A DNA stretch of 63,671 bases, filler included, from Polymyxa betae A26-41 (taxonomy: Eukaryota > Protista > Endomyxa: Phytomyxea): assembly GCA_003693705.1 (NCBI GenBank). It is 6 parts of 6 records of this genome, joined end to end, with 100 filler letters (N's around TTAATTAATTAA, not from the genome) between each part and the next. Parts side by side here need not be neighbours in the genome. Positions count along the whole stretch, not along the records: positions 1 to 22,264 come from RBZT01000824.1; 5 more parts are not named here. One strand, given 5' to 3'. The translations under genes were made by a program, and so were the position numbers. The notes under the pieces are model-generated. The model was not told the origin of the DNA. It saw only the letters and a program-made list of their open reading frames with translations, and made no database searches. Shown here in pieces: positions 1 to 12,266 of the stretch; positions within the stretch are counted from its first letter, which is position 1, and each line of letters begins with the position of its first letter.

Positions 1-550
1 CTTCTTTGAATGCCTGATACGCGGCCGGGACACAAGTATCGATGCGATCAGGTAGAATTGATCGAATAGTTAACGCAGCATCCAATCAAACCACCCAGAT
101 TTCACAAAGAAGATTGGATGCTATAATTTTTAAATAAATAAAGTAAATTTATTGACAGTTCTATTGCAAATATAATGCAGGTCTGGATTTGCGGAAATTC
201 GCACCCTGATTTCATCAGGAATGCAGATTTTCGCTGCAGCCCATACATACGTTCACCAACCCTGCCGCGCAGTTCTAAGGATTCGCAGGGAAAAAGCAGC
301 CAGGATTCAAAAAGACAGGAAATGGCTGGAAACTCGCAGAAATCCGCTGGAAACGCATTCTAAGAGCCTGGTTCAAGGAGAAATTGCGTGAGCCGCAATT
401 CTTTTTCCAGCCAATCAATTTCGTCTCCGGAGAGTGCCGCAATTCCGAGGCGCTACCGCTATTCTTTCTACATACTGGCCTCATTATGCGTCCATCTGAG
501 CTGCTGTTGGCAGCTCTTCGGGGGCTATCGGGGCTTCTGTCACCGCGGTT

Positions 551-1702
551 ATGACATCGAGTGCTGCCGCTGCTATTGCTGCCCTCGAATGCCTGTCTAG
601 GGATGGACGTTCCTGCAGGCGACCTCCAGCAACTGGTCATTCTATACGTATTTCTCAATTTCCCATTGCAGATTCAGACTCGTGGTTCGAGGAAGGATGG
701 TTCCGGATCCATTTCCGGTGTAACAAATTATCCTTCGATAAAATTGTCGAAATCATTTCTGTATTCTGGGATACAGTAAATCCTCCGATAGGTCACAATG
801 CCCACTTCTTTCATAGTGAGCGTGTGGCAGTTTGCCTTCATTATCTGACTCATTCTGGATCTATTATTGATTCAGCAAAGGTTTTTGGGATGAGCAAGGC
901 ATCAGCTGTTCGGTACATTGACCAGGTAATTCATGTCATCATCAGATGTTTGGGAAAGAAGTTCATCCGTTTACCGAGAACTTCCGATGAATGGAATGAG
1001 CTTTCAACCGGATTCGAATCGATTTGCGGATTCCCAGATACTTGTTTGGCAGTCGATGGCTCTCTTTTTGAAATCGAGAGACCTGCAGATTACGAAGGGC
1101 GGTACTGTAGAAAAGGATATCCTGCCATCAATGCCCAAATCGTCGTTGATCACAAGAAAAGGATCCGATATTACTGTCTTCGGCCCGGATCTGAGAACGA
1201 CAAAGGTGTGTTCAATCGGTCTCGTTTTGGCCAAGAGATAGGAAGACTGTTGCCAGCACAGAAAATGATAATTGCTGATGCTGGATACCAGCTCTTAACT
1301 TACTGCATGATTCCGTATGAGATTTCGGAGAACATGCCGCGGAAAGAAAGAAATTATAATTATCTTCACTCACGAACCAGAATCACTGTGGAGGTGGCGA
1401 TCGGTTTACTCAAGGGCCGTTTTCGAATTTTCAAACGACCTTTGAATCATAAGGGGAACGTGAACAACGGCTACGACAACAGCACAGGTGGAAAGATCGG
1501 AGTGATTCAAATGGCTCGGTTGATCAGAGCCTGCTTCATTCTGCACAATGTCTTGATCGACCTCGGGAACGACACTGCGATTGATCTCGAAACTGACAGT
1601 AATGCCACAGAACTTGGTGACTTAGATGATGCCGAATCAGTTTCAGGCCAAGCAGCCAAGCAGAAACGTGATATGATTAGAGAAATGCTCTGGCAGTCAT
1701 AG
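551..1702 (+). CDS. Harbinger (HARBI1-like, DDE_Tnp_4) transposase nuclease
   Basis: Uninterrupted 383-aa ORF with CLAVDGS, PGSENDK, IADAGY, YNYLHSRTRITVEVAIGLLKGRF and ACFILHN motifs. Confidence 0.92.
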   Translation: MTSSAAAAIAALECLSRDGRSCRRPPATGHSIRISQFPIADSDSWFEEGWFRIHFRCNKLSFDKIVEIISVFWDTVNPPIGHNAHFFHSERVAVCLHYLTHSGSIIDSAKVFGMSKASAVRYIDQVIHVIIRCLGKKFIRLPRTSDEWNELSTGFESICGFPDTCLAVDGSLFEIERPADYEGRYCRKGYPAINAQIVVDHKKRIRYYCLRPGSENDKGVFNRSRFGQEIGRLLPAQKMIIADAGYQLLTYCMIPYEISENMPRKERNYNYLHSRTRITVEVAIGLLKGRFRIFKRPLNHKGNVNNGYDNSTGGKIGVIQMARLIRACFILHNVLIDLGNDTAIDLETDSNATELGDLDDAESVSGQAAKQKRDMIREMLWQS

Positions 1703-1713
1703 ACAATCAGGGT

Positions 1714-2564
1714 TTATTTATTGGATGACATCATCTGCTGCATAAATTGGAGCATTGCTTCCTGCACTGCTGCAGCGCGGTCGAGATGGGCCCCAACCCG
1801 TTCCATAGTTTCATTTGTTTTTTTCAGTGCCTCTCGATTTTCCAAAAGAAACGATTTGATTTCTACATCATTAGAACCGTTACCGGACAAGGATGAGGCA
1901 ATTGCTTTTAGCCCATCCGAAACCTCGGTGAAACCTCCATCAAAAGACTTGCCCAAAATCGCAATGCCTTCACCTGGCGTCACTGGCTTTCTCGGTTTTG
2001 GATCAAATTTCAGCTTCTTCACTTGATTTTCAGCTTCATCACAGGAACTATCGGAGAGACTTTCTGCGACCTGTTCAGATTCTTCGTGAACATTGTCAGT
2101 CGCTTCTCCCAAATAAGATCCACACCCTGGTTTTTTAGAAAAGTAGGGTAGGATTATAGCAAACTTCTCGTTTTCACGTCGTCGCCAGGATCTTGATTCC
2201 CAGTTTTCGTGGACTCCTTTCCATCCGGTTTATGGTCGCGCCACTTTTTCTGCAGCCTTCCATACTGCTGTCGACATCGATCGCCATCGACGATCGTTTT
2301 GCAAATTACCGAAACTCTGTAGGCAACCTTAGACCAGCCTTCCGAAATTTTGCGAGAATGCTTAGCATCTCGAAAAAGATCATCGTAGTCCTCGAATCTA
2401 GCCTTCATTATAGCCTCGACCATTTCGTTACTCCAGCGAACTTCGGTGCCGCCCGAGTCGCCTTTAGGTTTCCTGCCACGTTTTTTTGGAGTTGGCGTTA
2501 CCACCGACAAAACAGCAGCAGCGGGGGCGCCGTCAACTTCCGTCATTTCAGCAGCTGTAGTCAT
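1714..2564 (-). CDS. Harbinger Myb/SANT-like DNA-binding protein (probably 2 exons)
   Basis: VRWSNEMVEAIM...GWSKVA...RCRQQYGRLQKKW trihelix pattern, AT-hook-like KKRGRKPK, and an acidic/coiled-coil C-terminal ORF at 1714-2112. The intron near 2130-2177 is inferred. Confidence 0.8.
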
Positions 2565-3270
2565 GTCCAGATCTGCAATTAATGGCCAGCTCGGCGCAGC
2601 CTTTGACAAGTGCGCGCAGCCTTCTGCGCGGCCTCCACAAATTGCGGGACCGGAATTGCGCGTCCCGCTACTTGCAGCCAGATTTCTTTTATTCACGCTA
2701 TTCTTTCGCGCTATTTTTCTACTTGAACAAGGCTCTAAGGCAGCCTTACGCAGTTCCGGTGTACGTGACAACCAGCTTTAAAGCATGAAAAATATCGACA
2801 AACTGTTGAGATTTTTAGATTTATGAATGTTATGGCACTTAGCGAAGTTTTGGCAAAGTTCCCGTGCTTCAATTAGATTTCAAAAAGCCTGTCAATAAAA
2901 ATGTCACTACCTGAACAACGTATTTGCTTCTCCGCTTGGCATGAATCTTCCGCGTTGGGTACAAACCGCCACTAAGGCATAAATTGGAAGCTCGTTCAGT
3001 GATTAGCATGTTTTTAGATGTTAATGCAGAGGAAGAAGTGGTTCCCAAATCAAACAAGGTCCTTTGTAACGGCGGGTGTCACTGGATGATTTTTAATACT
3101 AATGCGGAAACCATGGTCATTTGTCGGAAAGCGCTTCGAAATTCTATGCTGTTTTATGTGAGAACTTTAAACGTTTTTCTTATTCGGTTCCGTTAGTTTC
3201 ATAAGAATAGCATTGCCATGGTCAAGAGCGGCAACCACTGGTAGTTTAGATGGAGGGATGTACGAATTCT

Positions 3271-3372
3271 TTCTCCTCTCCATCTCTCAAAGAGGTTGCC
3301 CAGATCTTAAAACGCAACACCGTGGAAGCCCATATAGTTATAGGGTCATCTAGATGCCTGTGTAGCAGGGTC
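3271..3372. repeat. ~100-bp dispersed repeat, copy 1 (copy 2 at 9302-9398)
   Basis: Both copies share AGAGGTTGC..GCAAC..CGTGGA.GCCCATATA..ATAGGG.CATCTAGATGCCTGTGTAGCAGGG. Confidence 0.8.
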
Positions 3373-3751
3373 GACACGAAAATGGGTACCATAAATATGG
3401 AAAACAGCAAGAAGTACCTGTGTTATCTCAGCAGCAAAAAGAGTTAGAGGACAACCTAGTGGATTGTTTGTGCACTCAATGACCCCACATCGAGTGGTTG
3501 ACCAGGCTCCTTTAAGAAAACTCCTGGAAAAATCCATCCAGGCTTTCAATGCCCATCATCAAGAACTAATGCCAGGCGAATACTAGAACTACATACGATT
3601 TTGCATCCAATTCTTGCGGACTCCATTTCCAAATTCCCGTTTGGTTACGCTATCGCCATTGATGGATGGACTAATATGCTTGTCAAGGTCAGCTGTTTCA
3701 GTTGAAAATATAATCAATGTTGATGAATTGCAGGGTTTCTGGCTTTGAACA

Positions 3752-4963
3752 ATGCACTGGATTGAAAGCGGTGCTGACAAGCGTCCGATCCTCAAACAAA
3801 TGCTGCTGAACGTTTTCTGTTCTGAACGCGGGACTGGTGTTCGACGTCGCATTGGACAAGAATTATTCCAGTTCTTAAAATCTCTTGGTCCTTCTTCAAT
3901 ATCTTCTTTGCAGGCCGTTGCCAGTGATATTGGCGCTGATGCTATTTCAGCCTGTAAATTTCTTCGTCGTCTTATTAATGCGGAAACTGGTCGAGAGGCT
4001 CTTTCAAAGAGCTATCGTGTCCATTGCTCGGATCACTCCGTTCAGCTTGGGGTCAAACAAGCGTTTCTGTTCATTCAGTCATCCATCGAAAATCTTCGCG
4101 AGCTTTTGAAGGCAATAAGGAGATCCAAAGTGATTCAAAAGATGTATCGCTCTGAAGCCTCGCTTCGTGAGCTCCTTTTTATTGAGCCACCTCCTCCCGA
4201 TAACGAGACCAGATGGAATTCCACCAATGTGTTGCCGCTCCGTGCTTGACTACATTTCAAATTCGGTTGATCTGCATCAGTACATATTATCAGGTCCTGA
4301 AAGTCTCGTATTCAGCACATAGTGGACATTTTGAATATTCCTCAGTCTGTAATGGAGGAGCTTGGAACGGATATAATTTTTACCATTAGTATGGTTGCGC
4401 CAACCTTTCAACTGCAAATGGAGCACACCGCCACCGCCAAAACTCTTTCCCATCTCAATGATATCGACCTTTTGAAGCCAGCTTCGAGAATGATGCTTGA
4501 AACATTCCTCGCATACAAACCAGTTCTGCTGTAAGAGCTCGCAATTCTGGGCACTATCTCGACCCCTGACTTCCCAAACCAACCGACTCTGATCAGATTC
4601 GCAAACTGAAAGATATGGTTCGCGGGTATCAATTTATCTATGCTCCTTTTCGTTTGTAATGATTTTTCCTCAGTGTTGTAGATACCTGTTATGGATATAG
4701 GGTCTCTCGCGACAATCACAACAACGAGACAATAACTGCCAGCCTCCTGAGCAAGGAAAATGGGGACTTCTGCGGAACTCGGGGTCGTAAGTAGCTCATC
4801 GTCGCTTGAGGATGTGGAACAATTTTGTACCCAGCTGACATCATCTGGTCCAGCACTGAATCTCCTAGAATGGTGGTACAGTCGCGGAGCAGAGTTTCCA
4901 TATCAGTACTTGTCTTTAACGATAGGAACTAGTGCGATTGCGGAGTTATTCTTTCGAAGATAA
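3752..4963 (+). pseudogene. Degenerate hAT transposase
   Basis: VHCSDHSVQLGV (CxxH), ETRWNST and a dimerisation-like LLEWWYSRGAEFPY segment, broken by stops and frameshifts. Confidence 0.8.
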
Positions 4964-5989
4964 ACATTCGCGGCGTCACCAGAGTTGCAATATACGATTG
5001 ACCCCGGTAAAATACAGCACGAATAACGCGGCACCGACTGTGGTTGCAGTCGAAAGAGGCTTGGAACCTTGGTTGAAATAGTTGGGGGACAAATGTAAGA
5101 GGAAGTTGCCCATTAGTGCGCTCAAGGACCTCTTTCGGAGCTTGTGGAAGTGGCGATGAAGTCGACTAGGCAGACCGAAAATCACAATATCGAGGACCTA
5201 GCTGATAGCGGATTACGATCACCACAATACGCGAGTATCCAACAGTTCAAAGCGATTAGTAATAGGTAATGAATCCCAAATAAGATAATTCCCGGTCTCA
5301 TCGCGACGGTGTTATCTGGACAGACTCGGGACCCACGATGTTTTACTCGCGGGTAATTTGCATTTTTTCTTCAGATACAACACGCTGTGCCTTGTTCTAA
5401 TGTGACCATACTTGTGCTCATGCAATTTAATCACCAGCTTCTCAGCCTTCGCTTTACTTGTTCGGATCCATTTTACAAGCAACGACCGTTGCCCTCGTCG
5501 GCAGGCTCTGCTTCGATTCCAAGACTGCACCCTTATTATAGGCGACGCTCCCAGGAAGAGGATTCTAATGATCCGCAATGGCGCGGTTTTGATCGCACGG
5601 GCTCAAGGACCAGACCAGGTTCTATCGATTTTCCAACATTTGGCTTCTCGAAATCATTTATTATACCGATGATAGAAAGAAGGTTGCGATGGCGTAAGAT
5701 GATCTGCTGTAGAGCGTAACGGTGGCACAAGCAATACTTATAGCTGGCCTCAATAAATATGGCACAGGCCATAATTACCATAAATACGCTAATTATGGCA
5801 TCCCGCAGAACTTAATTACGGCAAATTGGCAAAATCTCTGAGTTTTATCACAGCTTCATTAAAAGATTATATTGTTTGACTGGAAAACGCCTTCCAGGGC
5901 CAGATTTGTCATTGCGGTTCGGTTCGAGTTTTTTTCCAATTCAATATTTGAAAATCAGAATCTACCGATGTCGTATTTGCGAAAGTTGT

Positions 5990-7300
5990 GGCCAGTCCGC
6001 ATGCGAATGATCTCAAATACATGAACTGATCGTGCATGTCATCCCCAGAGTCGTTGAGCATCGTATACTGGTTATGCTTAATGATTGCTTTTTTAGTCTA
6101 CGAGTCTGGAGAATAGGAATCTTAAAAATTCGATGGAGTTGCATTCACCCCCTCCATCAACACGGAGTGCAATTATGCCTTTTCTATGCAAGTTCGTCAC
6201 TCTGTTGTGATAGATTTTGAAAAAATTGAGTGCTTCTGATTTTTATCTTAGGAAAATACTTCAGCATAGTGAGAGTACTGGTCCAGTATGATCATTGCGT
6301 ACAGTTCACCGTCAAATGCGGGAGTTTGGCGCATGGTTCCGCAAAGGTCCGTGGATACTCGTGCCAGTGTTTCGGTCGCTCTCGCATTCTTTGAATGCGT
6401 TCGGAAAGGAGTTCGGGTCCCTTTTCCGTGAATGCATGATTCGCAGCGGAAATCTTTCCGATTAGTTACTTTCATGCCGTTGGCCATGTTCTTTCGCCAG
6501 AGGACTTTCAAGCGATCTCTGCTAATGTGACCAAGGCGAGCATGCCAGATTGCTTCGGAAGCTGAATTCGCAGTCATGCAAGTTTTGTTTATTTGTTGTG
6601 ATTTTAGATTGATTAAAGTACCAGAAGGGTAATACAGATCATCTCGACGTTTGCCAACAGCTATGAGTTTATGTTCGACTGCTGTGAAGAGTAACACGTG
6701 ATCATATTGAAACATGCAGATTATGCCGCTGTCTGCAGCCGCCCTTACGGAAAAATAATTTCCGGAAAGTTGCGGAATATAATTTACGTTTTTCAAATTC
6801 AAAATAATTGAATCTGAGCTCTTCGAAGGCGCGGTTTTTATGGAGATCGTACCTGTTCCTTCTACTGATATTTCTGAGTTATCAGCCATTTGTACCCGGC
6901 GATTGCTGTCTTTGTAGGGAGTGAAACTGGAAAAGGCGTTTCGATCTCCTGTGGAATGACTAGTGCATCCGCTATCAACCAAAAATTCTACATTTGGAGT
7001 GAGATTTGGATAGGCGTCAAATTCGTTCAGTTTATTTTGAATTTCCTGCACCGGAATGTTGAAGGTCTGTCTCTTCCTGCGATTATAAGAGAAAAACTGA
7101 GCTTACAGCGCACATTCTTGCGTTCTGTCACCATTTTGCGTTTTCCTCTGCGTTTCTTACAAGGTGCGCAATAATTCTGTGAGGCGCCCCAGATTTTGTC
7201 GAAGTTTTGTTGATAGCTCTAGCCTTTTCTGGCGTTTTACTATCAGCGTTTGTCACAGCGTCTGAGTTTGTCTCCCATGAACTGATCGTTAGGGCATCAG
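5990..7300 (-). mobile_element. Ty1/copia gag-pol remnant (protease, GAG-pre-integrase, integrase start)
   Basis: ORF 6248-7051 has FLVDSGCTSH, IWHARLGHIS, CESCIHGK, VSTDLCG and MIILDQYSHY. Boundaries approximate. Confidence 0.88.
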
Positions 7301-7599
7301 TGGCACAGTCTCCGGCTGTTGAGCATCGGATCGCTAGGCCAAAGCGCGAGCCTAGCTAAATGCCAATGTGTACAGGATGTCCATTTCTGTTTATCAATCT
7401 TGTTTTCGTATTCCTTTTTTGGAACGTGATCAATGGCTCTTTGAGCTCCGAATAACTTGATGTTCTCATTTAAAGCAATTTTTGATTCCGCATGCAAAAT
7501 TTAAAGGTTTGTATTCAACATGGGTCTATATCATAACAAACATACGCTTGTTTATTATCATTAGGGTGGTCGAAGGGCATTTGCGACGTTAATCATCAA

Positions 7600-8980
7600 C
7601 ACGTCAAGTAGATGCAGCAACGCTCGCTCGTTTGGTGTTGTGGACGCTTTGGCCTGTTTTCAGCCCATTGCGATTGTTTTCACTTTTCTTCATTGATTGG
7701 CAGGAAAACCGCGTTTCAAGACTTTTGTGTAAATTGTGAATTGCTTTATTGAACTTTGGTGTCTATGATTGTGACACCATCACACATTCGTATGCTTATT
7801 GTTAATTAGGATTGGCTGTAAGAGCCTGGAACACCTTTTCGGGCTCCAACACACGAAGTTGGCCTTGTTCAGTCTCATTTATACTCTTATTTGAGTCATT
7901 GAGCGTTCTGGGTCCTTTTTCAGCCCATAGCCCGTTTTTCAATGTTTTAGCTTTGTCGATAGGGCTGAGCTGTCCCATTATGGTAATTTTTATTACTGAC
8001 ATGCTTTAGGATGGATGGGCTTTAGGATGGATGGGCAGAGTCTCAAGACTTTGGAAGTAAGTGAATGTTTTCATTTAGAATTTGCTTTTATGATTAAGAC
8101 ACCATCACACATCGCCAGCTTATTTATTTACAGAGTTGGCGGGGAGAGCCTGGAGCATCTCTCCGATCGCCAACAGGTGAAGTCCGACCAGTACATGTTC
8201 ATTCATACTCTTGTGTGAGGTACTGAGCGATCTTGGCCCCTCTTTTCAGCTCACACCTTTTTTCATTGTTTTATCTTTGTCGATAGGGCTGACAGGCTGC
8301 CCCATTTTGGTAACTTTTATTGCTGACAATCTTCTTGATGGATTGGCCGAATCTCATGACTTTTCGTATAATTTGTGGATGTTTTTATTTCTAATTTGCC
8401 TTTATGACTAACACATCAAAACATCGCAAGCATACACATTTATAGGGTTGGCGGGGAGAGCCTGCAGCGTCTCAAAGGGCGCCAGCACATGAAGTCGGAC
8501 CTGTACATGTTTACTCATATGTGTGGTACTGAGCGATCTTGGCCTCTTTTCACCTCGCACCAAGTTTTTCATTTTTCTTTTTGTCGATAGTGCTGACAGG
8601 CTATCCAATTTTGGTAACTTTTATTGTTGACAGTCTTTTTGATGGATTGACCGAGTCTCAAGACTTTTTGTGTAATTTGTTAATGTGTTTATTGAACTTT
8701 GGTGTCTATTATTGAGACATCATCACACATCGCAATCTTATCATTTTATAGGGTTGGCGGGACGAGCTTTGATCGTCTCATCGGGCTAGCTCCAGCACAT
8801 GAAATCGGACCTGTACACGCTCATTCATTCTCTTGCTTGAAGTACTGAACGATGATGGAACCTTTTCAATCCACATCCCAGTTTTCATTGCTTTCTTCTT
8901 TGTCGAGAAGGCAGAGATGCTGTCCAATTTTGGTAATTTTTATTGAAACTTTTCGTGAACTTTGTTAATGTTTTTATTTC
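7600..8980. repeat. Diverged tandem repeat, ~300-325-bp unit, ~4.5 copies
   Basis: Anchor TTGTCGA(T/G)A recurs at ~7953, 8278, 8581 and 8900. TGGTAA.TTTTATT and CATCACACAT-like blocks recur at the same period. Confidence 0.85.
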
Positions 8981-9301
8981 GTCCGGTACACAGAGAATTG
9001 TGGGATTAACGAGAGAATGAAAAAAACTAAATGCGCATGAGTCCGTGCGCACTCTCCGCTTCCAATCGAGAGTCCGAATTGGCCCAGCTCTCTTTCAACA
9101 GGATGATTCCAGATGACGTTAAATTTCGGAGGAACTTCAGTTTAAACGAAAGAAAGCAGAGAAAATTAGGCGCAATAAATTTTGACAAGTAACACCATTA
9201 CCAGAAAAGTGCTATGAACTTCCTGAACGAAAGGTAGTTCCTGTTCTCTCTCTCAGTTTGAGTGTCTCTCTTCTGTATCAGACACTCTCTATTCACCCTG
9301 C

Positions 9302-9398
9302 TTCTCCCTTTCTCTAAGAGGTTGCTCAGGTTTTAAATGCGCAACTCCGTGGATGCCCATATATTGATAGGGGCATCTAGATGCCTGTGTAGCAGGGA
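9302..9398. repeat. ~100-bp dispersed repeat, copy 2; probably part of an LTR ending TCATAACA at ~9451
   Basis: Matches 3271-3372 and lies just upstream of a gypsy integrase remnant. Confidence 0.7.
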
Positions 9399-9639
9399 CG
9401 TCGTTTTCGTGCTCTCACGGAGCACCGATCTGGATCTATAGTTTCATAACAAAGATATTTGTACCCAATGGTAGCAACATGGCTGGAAACGATTTCATCC
9501 TACAATCTTACTATGCTCTCAATGTCCTTCCCGATCACCTCTGATGCCTTCATCGCGCCTGCGTCCAATTTTTTTCTGGGCAACAATCACAACCCCACGC
9601 TCACCTGTCCGCTCACGGACAAGCTCCGCCTGCACAAAT

Positions 9640-10250
9640 CTTCCCTGATCAAGACCGCGCATCCCCGATCAAACGAGCGCACTTACTTGGTTTTTTGCTG
9701 TCAGTGCTACCTTGTCCACGCTTGTCCGCAAAAGCCACTTCTGGCCGCAATTACGAGGAGCTGTCGAGACTGCTCTGCAGCGTTGCATTTTATGCTACCG
9801 TTACACCATCGGTCGCCATGTATTCCATCCGACAACTCCTATATATAAGTTTAAACGGATGGACCATGACGCCATCGACACAGATCTCAGCTTTCCGACA
9901 AGTCGGCGTGGCAATCACACCCTTCTCGCTGTAATGTGTGCTCACACCAGATTCGGGCTTTTACTCGCACTTCCAAAAATTTCCGCTAGACCTGTTGCTG
10001 ATGCATTATTCTACACAATTACCGGCTTTGGCTTCCTACGTAACATCCATCACGATAACGGAACTGAATTTGTCAGTCGCCTCATTACTATTATGGATAT
10101 AGAGTGTGAGATCGACAATCGCCTGATAACATCTTACCATCCACGAGTCGACGGTCTCGCGTAGCGCAAAGTCTAGATTCCTACACGGGCCATCGAAGAG
10201 CTTCTAAAGGGAGAGGAAAGCGAACGGGATCGATACGAACCTACAATCTG
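9640..10250 (+). pseudogene. Ty3/gypsy integrase remnant
   Basis: DHDAIDT...AHTRF...IHHDNGTEFV...TSYHPRVDGLA in ORF 9712-10164. Confidence 0.85.
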
Positions 10251-12266
10251 ATAAAAACATTACGGTTAAACCTGTACTTCTTGCAGTCGCACTCAATTCG
10301 GACTACTACATCGTCGACCTCATTCTATGGAATAAAGGTCAGCCATCAATCCGCCGGTCTTTAGTTCGCAGGAGAAGCATAGGTCCTGACAACGATTCTT
10401 GGAAACCTAGCAATGTATCACGACACCGATTGTATCAATACTAAAACGTATTTGCTCGCGCAAAAGACACCGTTCTTCGCGTTTCTGGAGGAGCATTGTC
10501 ATGACCCAGAACTCCGGATCCACAATGGGGTCGAAATGATGACACAAGAGCAGCTCGCGCTCGATCCCAGATCCGGAAGCAGTTAGCCCCCTGCACAAGG
10601 TCGGCCGCCTCGTTGACAGCCAGCCCTGCTTGACATTGACTACGACATCATGATGAGCATTGAGTCACGACCGTGGTCTGGTCTCACCATTACACTTGGA
10701 GTATATCGATGAAAATTCTCATATACAAGGCCAAATTTTTGCAATGTGTCTGTGAATTCAGCTAAGAATTCACTCTTCTCAGTTGAATGTTGACGTGCTT
10801 TACATCTAAAAGGTTTACTACCATTAATTAAGTTTGTTTCCAACGGAGCAGCATTGGCTGGCTCATCAAATCCTAATGTTCTGCGAAAAACATTCTTTCT
10901 TTGCAGCAATAATTTCAATAATCTAAGTTCATACTGTCTAGGCATTCCATGCATTATACAATCCTGAACTTTAGTTCTAATGCTCTGAACGATATAATTG
11001 CTCATCTTTCCCAATCATAGGTGAGATCTTATCAATGACATCATCATGCAGCACCTGTTGATTATTTGCTTTTTGTTTCGTAACCAAAACATCCAATGCC
11101 TGTTTTGGGTCACATCCAATATGTTTCAGTAGACCCAAAAATATTTAATGTTTGACGGTTTGCCAAACTAAACACTTATATTCATGAATTATCAACTCAC
11201 CTGTTACAATTCGTAAGGTGATAGTAACAAATACATTGCCTTATCTATCTGACAGAGCTTATCAGCTATTGTTTTCGGAATGAAAGTTGCATCAGCACCA
11301 CTATCCAAGATTCCACTACATACAAGTTTTCCTTTTGCAAGACTAACCTCAACATTAGCTTCCTTTGGAGATAAGGTTTGCTCATTATTCGATATTGTCT
11401 GAACGATCAAAAAGGCAGACAACTTGTTTGTTTTATTATTCTGCGATTTCTATAAGACTTGGCGCTGCTTCAACAAGCGAGACTGCTCATCAGCCGACGG
11501 CTTCATAGGGCATTGCTTCATTTTGTGTCCGCGATGACAACACTTCAGGCACTCAACACCCTCAAGTCTTTGCTGTTTTTGCTGTTTATCCTCCAGCGAG
11601 TCCGCCGGTCGTTTTTTCGAAAACTTAGCCGGTTTGATGTTGATGTTTGTCCTCGGCATGGACACAATCCCCGTAACCTCTGACCCATACTAGTCGATAT
11701 CCACAAACAGCTGGGCCACAAACAGCAGCTGGTTATTCCGCAAATTCGTCTTGCGAACATCGATCCTATTAAACATATCATTCTTGAAATTGTATTACTG
11801 GAAAGATTCTGCCAGCCACCGTATCCAATTTTGAATCCCAATATCAGACTCCAAGAACGATTAACCCCGAACGGTATGCATGGTATATTATACCATCTAC
11901 GGGGTTTTAACGCAAATATCGCCTCCCATACTATTTTTCAATACATGGTATATTATACCATCTCTGACCTGAATTTGATCCTGTTCTTTGTCTTTCTTTT
12001 TGAGATCAATACTTGAGATAAATCAGATTATTTTTTTTCAACTAATACCTTGAAATAATCTTCTTTTTGCGTCATCAGTTCAAAAGTCCGTAAAAATTTC
12101 CTCACTCTCCTCATTGCAGTCCGCGCTGAATGTAACGTTATTGTAACGTTATTGTTGCGATAATTATCTGAGGCTCCTTTTCTTCCTGAGACTGCATGCA
12201 GATTAGGAACCGTACTGTTCGATCCTCCCTAGGTCCTTTTTATTCACGACTTTGAATTTGCTCGAG

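Larger units (their letters stand above)
364..2735. mobile_element. PIF/Harbinger DNA transposon, apparently full length
   Basis: TIRs GAGCCTGGTTCAAGGAGAAA (364-383) and revcomp of 2716-2735, GAGCCTTGTTCAAGTAGAAA (18/20 match). TAA TSD at 361-363 and 2736-2738. Convergent nuclease and Myb/SANT-like ORFs inside. Confidence 0.92.

Noticed and set aside
7600-8980. Possible CRISPR-like or ribozyme array
   Set aside because: Units are homologous along their whole length with no unique spacers, there are no cas genes, and no complete hammerhead core (CUGANGA...GAAA) was found.
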